A stretch of 37,505 bases of DNA from positions 1 through 37,505 of the IMG/VR virus record IMGVR_UViG_3300013767_000208; one strand, given 5' to 3'. The position numbers and the translations under genes are program-made. The notes beneath the pieces are model-generated. The model saw only the letters and a list, made by a program, of their open reading frames with translations. It had not been told where the DNA came from and searched no databases. The stretch comes from a virus (Duplodnaviria > Caudoviricetes). Shown here piece by piece: positions 35,362 to 37,505 of the stretch (position 1 is its first letter; every line of letters begins with the position of its first letter).

Positions 35362-36891
35362 ATGAAAAAAACCAATGCCACTAATGCCACTAATGCCAAC
35401 TCGACCGCAGACGTTAGTATAAAACTTGACGATAAAACGTTGTTTGGGAATGATGCGGGTGAAGATGAAGATATTGAGGTTTTAACCTCTTATTTTGTAA
35501 ATCAGCCCGCATTCAATGATTTCCTTGACACGAACGTGCGGCTCCAAGTGGCGCGAGCACGCAAAGGGATGGGGAAGTCCGCTCTACTCTCCAAGTTTGC
35601 GCATGACTTAGCTGCTCTTCCATCTAAGCCGTTGATCCTGCATCTAGTTCCATCGACTCTCACGGGCATGCTATCGCCGCCCGAAACGGACAATTCGACC
35701 GTTTTGGAGAATTACTGGAAACAAGTAATTTGCCGCGCGATAAACTTTGAGATAGCGAATACCATTGGGTTCGCTTGGCGGGATGATGATATTACGCTGG
35801 TTGAAAATGCAGAATTGGCGAGCTTCAAGGGTAGAAACATCATTGGGGCGCTTGCGAGTCGTCTGCTTGGCAAGATAAACATCTTCGGGGCAATAGAAAT
35901 AAAAAATTCCCCAGTATCAATTGATAATAACGGTCAATTACTTAAGCGTATTCAAGAAGAGGCTCGCGAAGCGAGGGATGTCTGGTTTCTGTTGGATGAT
36001 ATTGATACGAAGTTTCAAAATACACCGACGCAACAGGCATATGTGTCGTCGTTTTTTTCCGCGTGCCGCAGTTTAGTTCGAGATATAAAAGGGATTTCCA
36101 TTAGAGGTACGGTTCGCAGCGATGTATGGACCAGCCTCCGTGCGGCGGAGGATTTGGATAAGTTTGAGCAATATGTATGTGATATCTCGTGGACGACAAA
36201 CCAGCAAAAGGATATTCTTGTCAAGAGAATATATGCCTTTGTTATGCGGAAGCACGGGAAATCATATGTTGCGAGAAACTGGACAATTGAGCGCCACGCG
36301 GACGACTTTATTGAGTTGGCTTTTATGCGTAGGCTGAAATGGGGTAATTCAGCTGTTCCGGCTATAAATGTATTGAGAATTTTGGCTGCTGGTCGACCAA
36401 GGTGGATGGCGCAGTTGTGCCGCTTGGCGGGCAACAAGGCCGTTGCCAATGGCAATGCAAGAATTGGTGTTAGCGAGATAAACGATGTAATGGTTGATTT
36501 TGGTAAGCGCCGCCTTGCTGATTTGTACAAAGAGCACAGCCACCAGTTTCAGGATTTGCAGAAACTTATTGAATCATTCAGTAGTGGGGAGCGCAGATAT
36601 TCAACCAAAGAGATATGCAGTAAAATTACCAATGGATACATTAAGCTGAAGAGTGTATCCGCGATTCCTGATGTGGATGGCATGCCATACAAGGATTCGA
36701 TCCAAATTGCCCATTTCTTATTCAAATGCGGATTCGTAATGGGGCATAATCAGGAGGATCCGACGCAAGATTCACCTGAGTTTGTGTCATACGATATGCG
36801 GCCCGATTTGTTGCAGGTGGATACAAACCTCGATGACGGTATGATGTGGGAGATACAACCTTCCTATAGAAGGACGCTTCGAATAAAGTGA
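35362..36891 (+). CDS. P-loop ATPase, FunZ/Sll1717-like; candidate defence protein
   Basis: LFGNDAGEDE...YFV; Walker A-like ARKGMGKS; Walker B WFLLDDID; VRSDVW; GRPRW. Markedly AT-rich compared with its surroundings. Confidence 0.78.
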   Translation: MKKTNATNATNANSTADVSIKLDDKTLFGNDAGEDEDIEVLTSYFVNQPAFNDFLDTNVRLQVARARKGMGKSALLSKFAHDLAALPSKPLILHLVPSTLTGMLSPPETDNSTVLENYWKQVICRAINFEIANTIGFAWRDDDITLVENAELASFKGRNIIGALASRLLGKINIFGAIEIKNSPVSIDNNGQLLKRIQEEAREARDVWFLLDDIDTKFQNTPTQQAYVSSFFSACRSLVRDIKGISIRGTVRSDVWTSLRAAEDLDKFEQYVCDISWTTNQQKDILVKRIYAFVMRKHGKSYVARNWTIERHADDFIELAFMRRLKWGNSAVPAINVLRILAAGRPRWMAQLCRLAGNKAVANGNARIGVSEINDVMVDFGKRRLADLYKEHSHQFQDLQKLIESFSSGERRYSTKEICSKITNGYIKLKSVSAIPDVDGMPYKDSIQIAHFLFKCGFVMGHNQEDPTQDSPEFVSYDMRPDLLQVDTNLDDGMMWEIQPSYRRTLRIK

Positions 36892-37204
36892 GGGATCAAA
36901 GGTGCCGAGATCGCTGTCCGCGCGAGCGTATCGCGCGGGCTGCGGCCGGGCATCGAACGCGCCGCCGAGGTCATGGACCTTGCCGGCCATGACGCAGGTC
37001 TCGCGCTTGAGCGCGTTGCGCAGGGCGGTGAGGTATGGCCCGATGGCTGACTCCGGCGCCACGCCGGCGACCCTGAGCTGGTCGGGCTGCGTTGGCGAAA
37101 GGAGGTCGGCCACATCCTGCGCGCGCTGGGCAAGCGCCTGCAGTCGCGCGATCTCCCAGAGCAGGCGGGAAGCCGCGCGGCTTGCCGCTACGCGTGGTCG
37201 GCAT
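36787..37204 (-). pseudogene. Frameshifted paralog of the LLWE.ARL small gene
   Basis: ATG 37204 gives MPTTRSGKPRGFPP; a second frame with no start of its own continues LLWEIARLQALAQRAQDV...LTALRNALKRETCV. Confidence 0.55.
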
Positions 37205-37505
37205 CGGCACCCGCCGTCTCAGGCGTGACCGGCTCCGCCCGGTAGGCACACCAGAAGTAGTAGGAACTCTTGTGATGGCGCGCCTGGCGCCGCTCGAAAA
37301 AGACTCGGACTGTCCCGGCGTCGCCAGCCTCAATTACCACCTCGGCGTGCGAAGGGCCAGCCGCGGTTGGAGGGGCAAGCGAGACCTTTGCGTCGGTGAC
37401 ATAGTCACCCGGAATGCGGGCCAGGATGCCATTGGCCGGGTTGGTGATACCGGCGTACGGGTCGCGAGGGTAGTAGTCGCCCACCCGGAGTCTTGGATTG
37501 CCCAT
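37188..37505 (-). CDS. Hypothetical protein (start at the window edge, may extend upstream)
   Basis: 105-aa ORF with protein-like composition (NGILARIPGDYV...RHHKSSYYFWCAYRAEP); its stop overlaps the next gene start. Confidence 0.6.
   Translation of the reverse strand: MGNPRLRVGDYYPRDPYAGITNPANGILARIPGDYVTDAKVSLAPPTAAGPSHAEVVIEAGDAGTVRVFFERRQARHHKSSYYFWCAYRAEPVTPETAGADADHA

Overview
High-GC betaproteobacterial DNA (Cupriavidus/Ralstonia-like, judged from GuaA and the phage proteins). The window begins with the 3' part of guaA. A P2-like (phiCTX/phiRSA1-type) prophage is integrated at the guaA 3' end. Its order is: P4-type tyrosine integrase; apparently C-terminally truncated Toprim primase-helicase; BRO-N, Ogr, CII-like and RHH early genes; a repressor; an accessory block; a complete tail, baseplate, lysis and head region (D through Q); a PIN-domain moron; a P2-type cos site; an iteron/IHF origin-like element; an SOS box; and an AT-rich FunZ/Sll1717-like P-loop ATPase flanked by two decayed paralogous small genes. 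No attR is visible, so the element probably extends past the window. The most striking signal is a 16-residue Gly/Val/Gln-rich motif (12/16 identical) shared by the C-terminus of the repressor and the N-terminus of a neighbouring single-pass membrane protein. This is the layout of amyloid-type (RHIM/BASS/HET-s-like) signalling pairs, here apparently attached to a lysis-lysogeny switch. The second candidate is a YejK/NdpA-like nucleoid protein plus multi-TM protein operon that looks like an uncharacterised anti-phage system. Family assignments come from motif recognition only; no searches were run.
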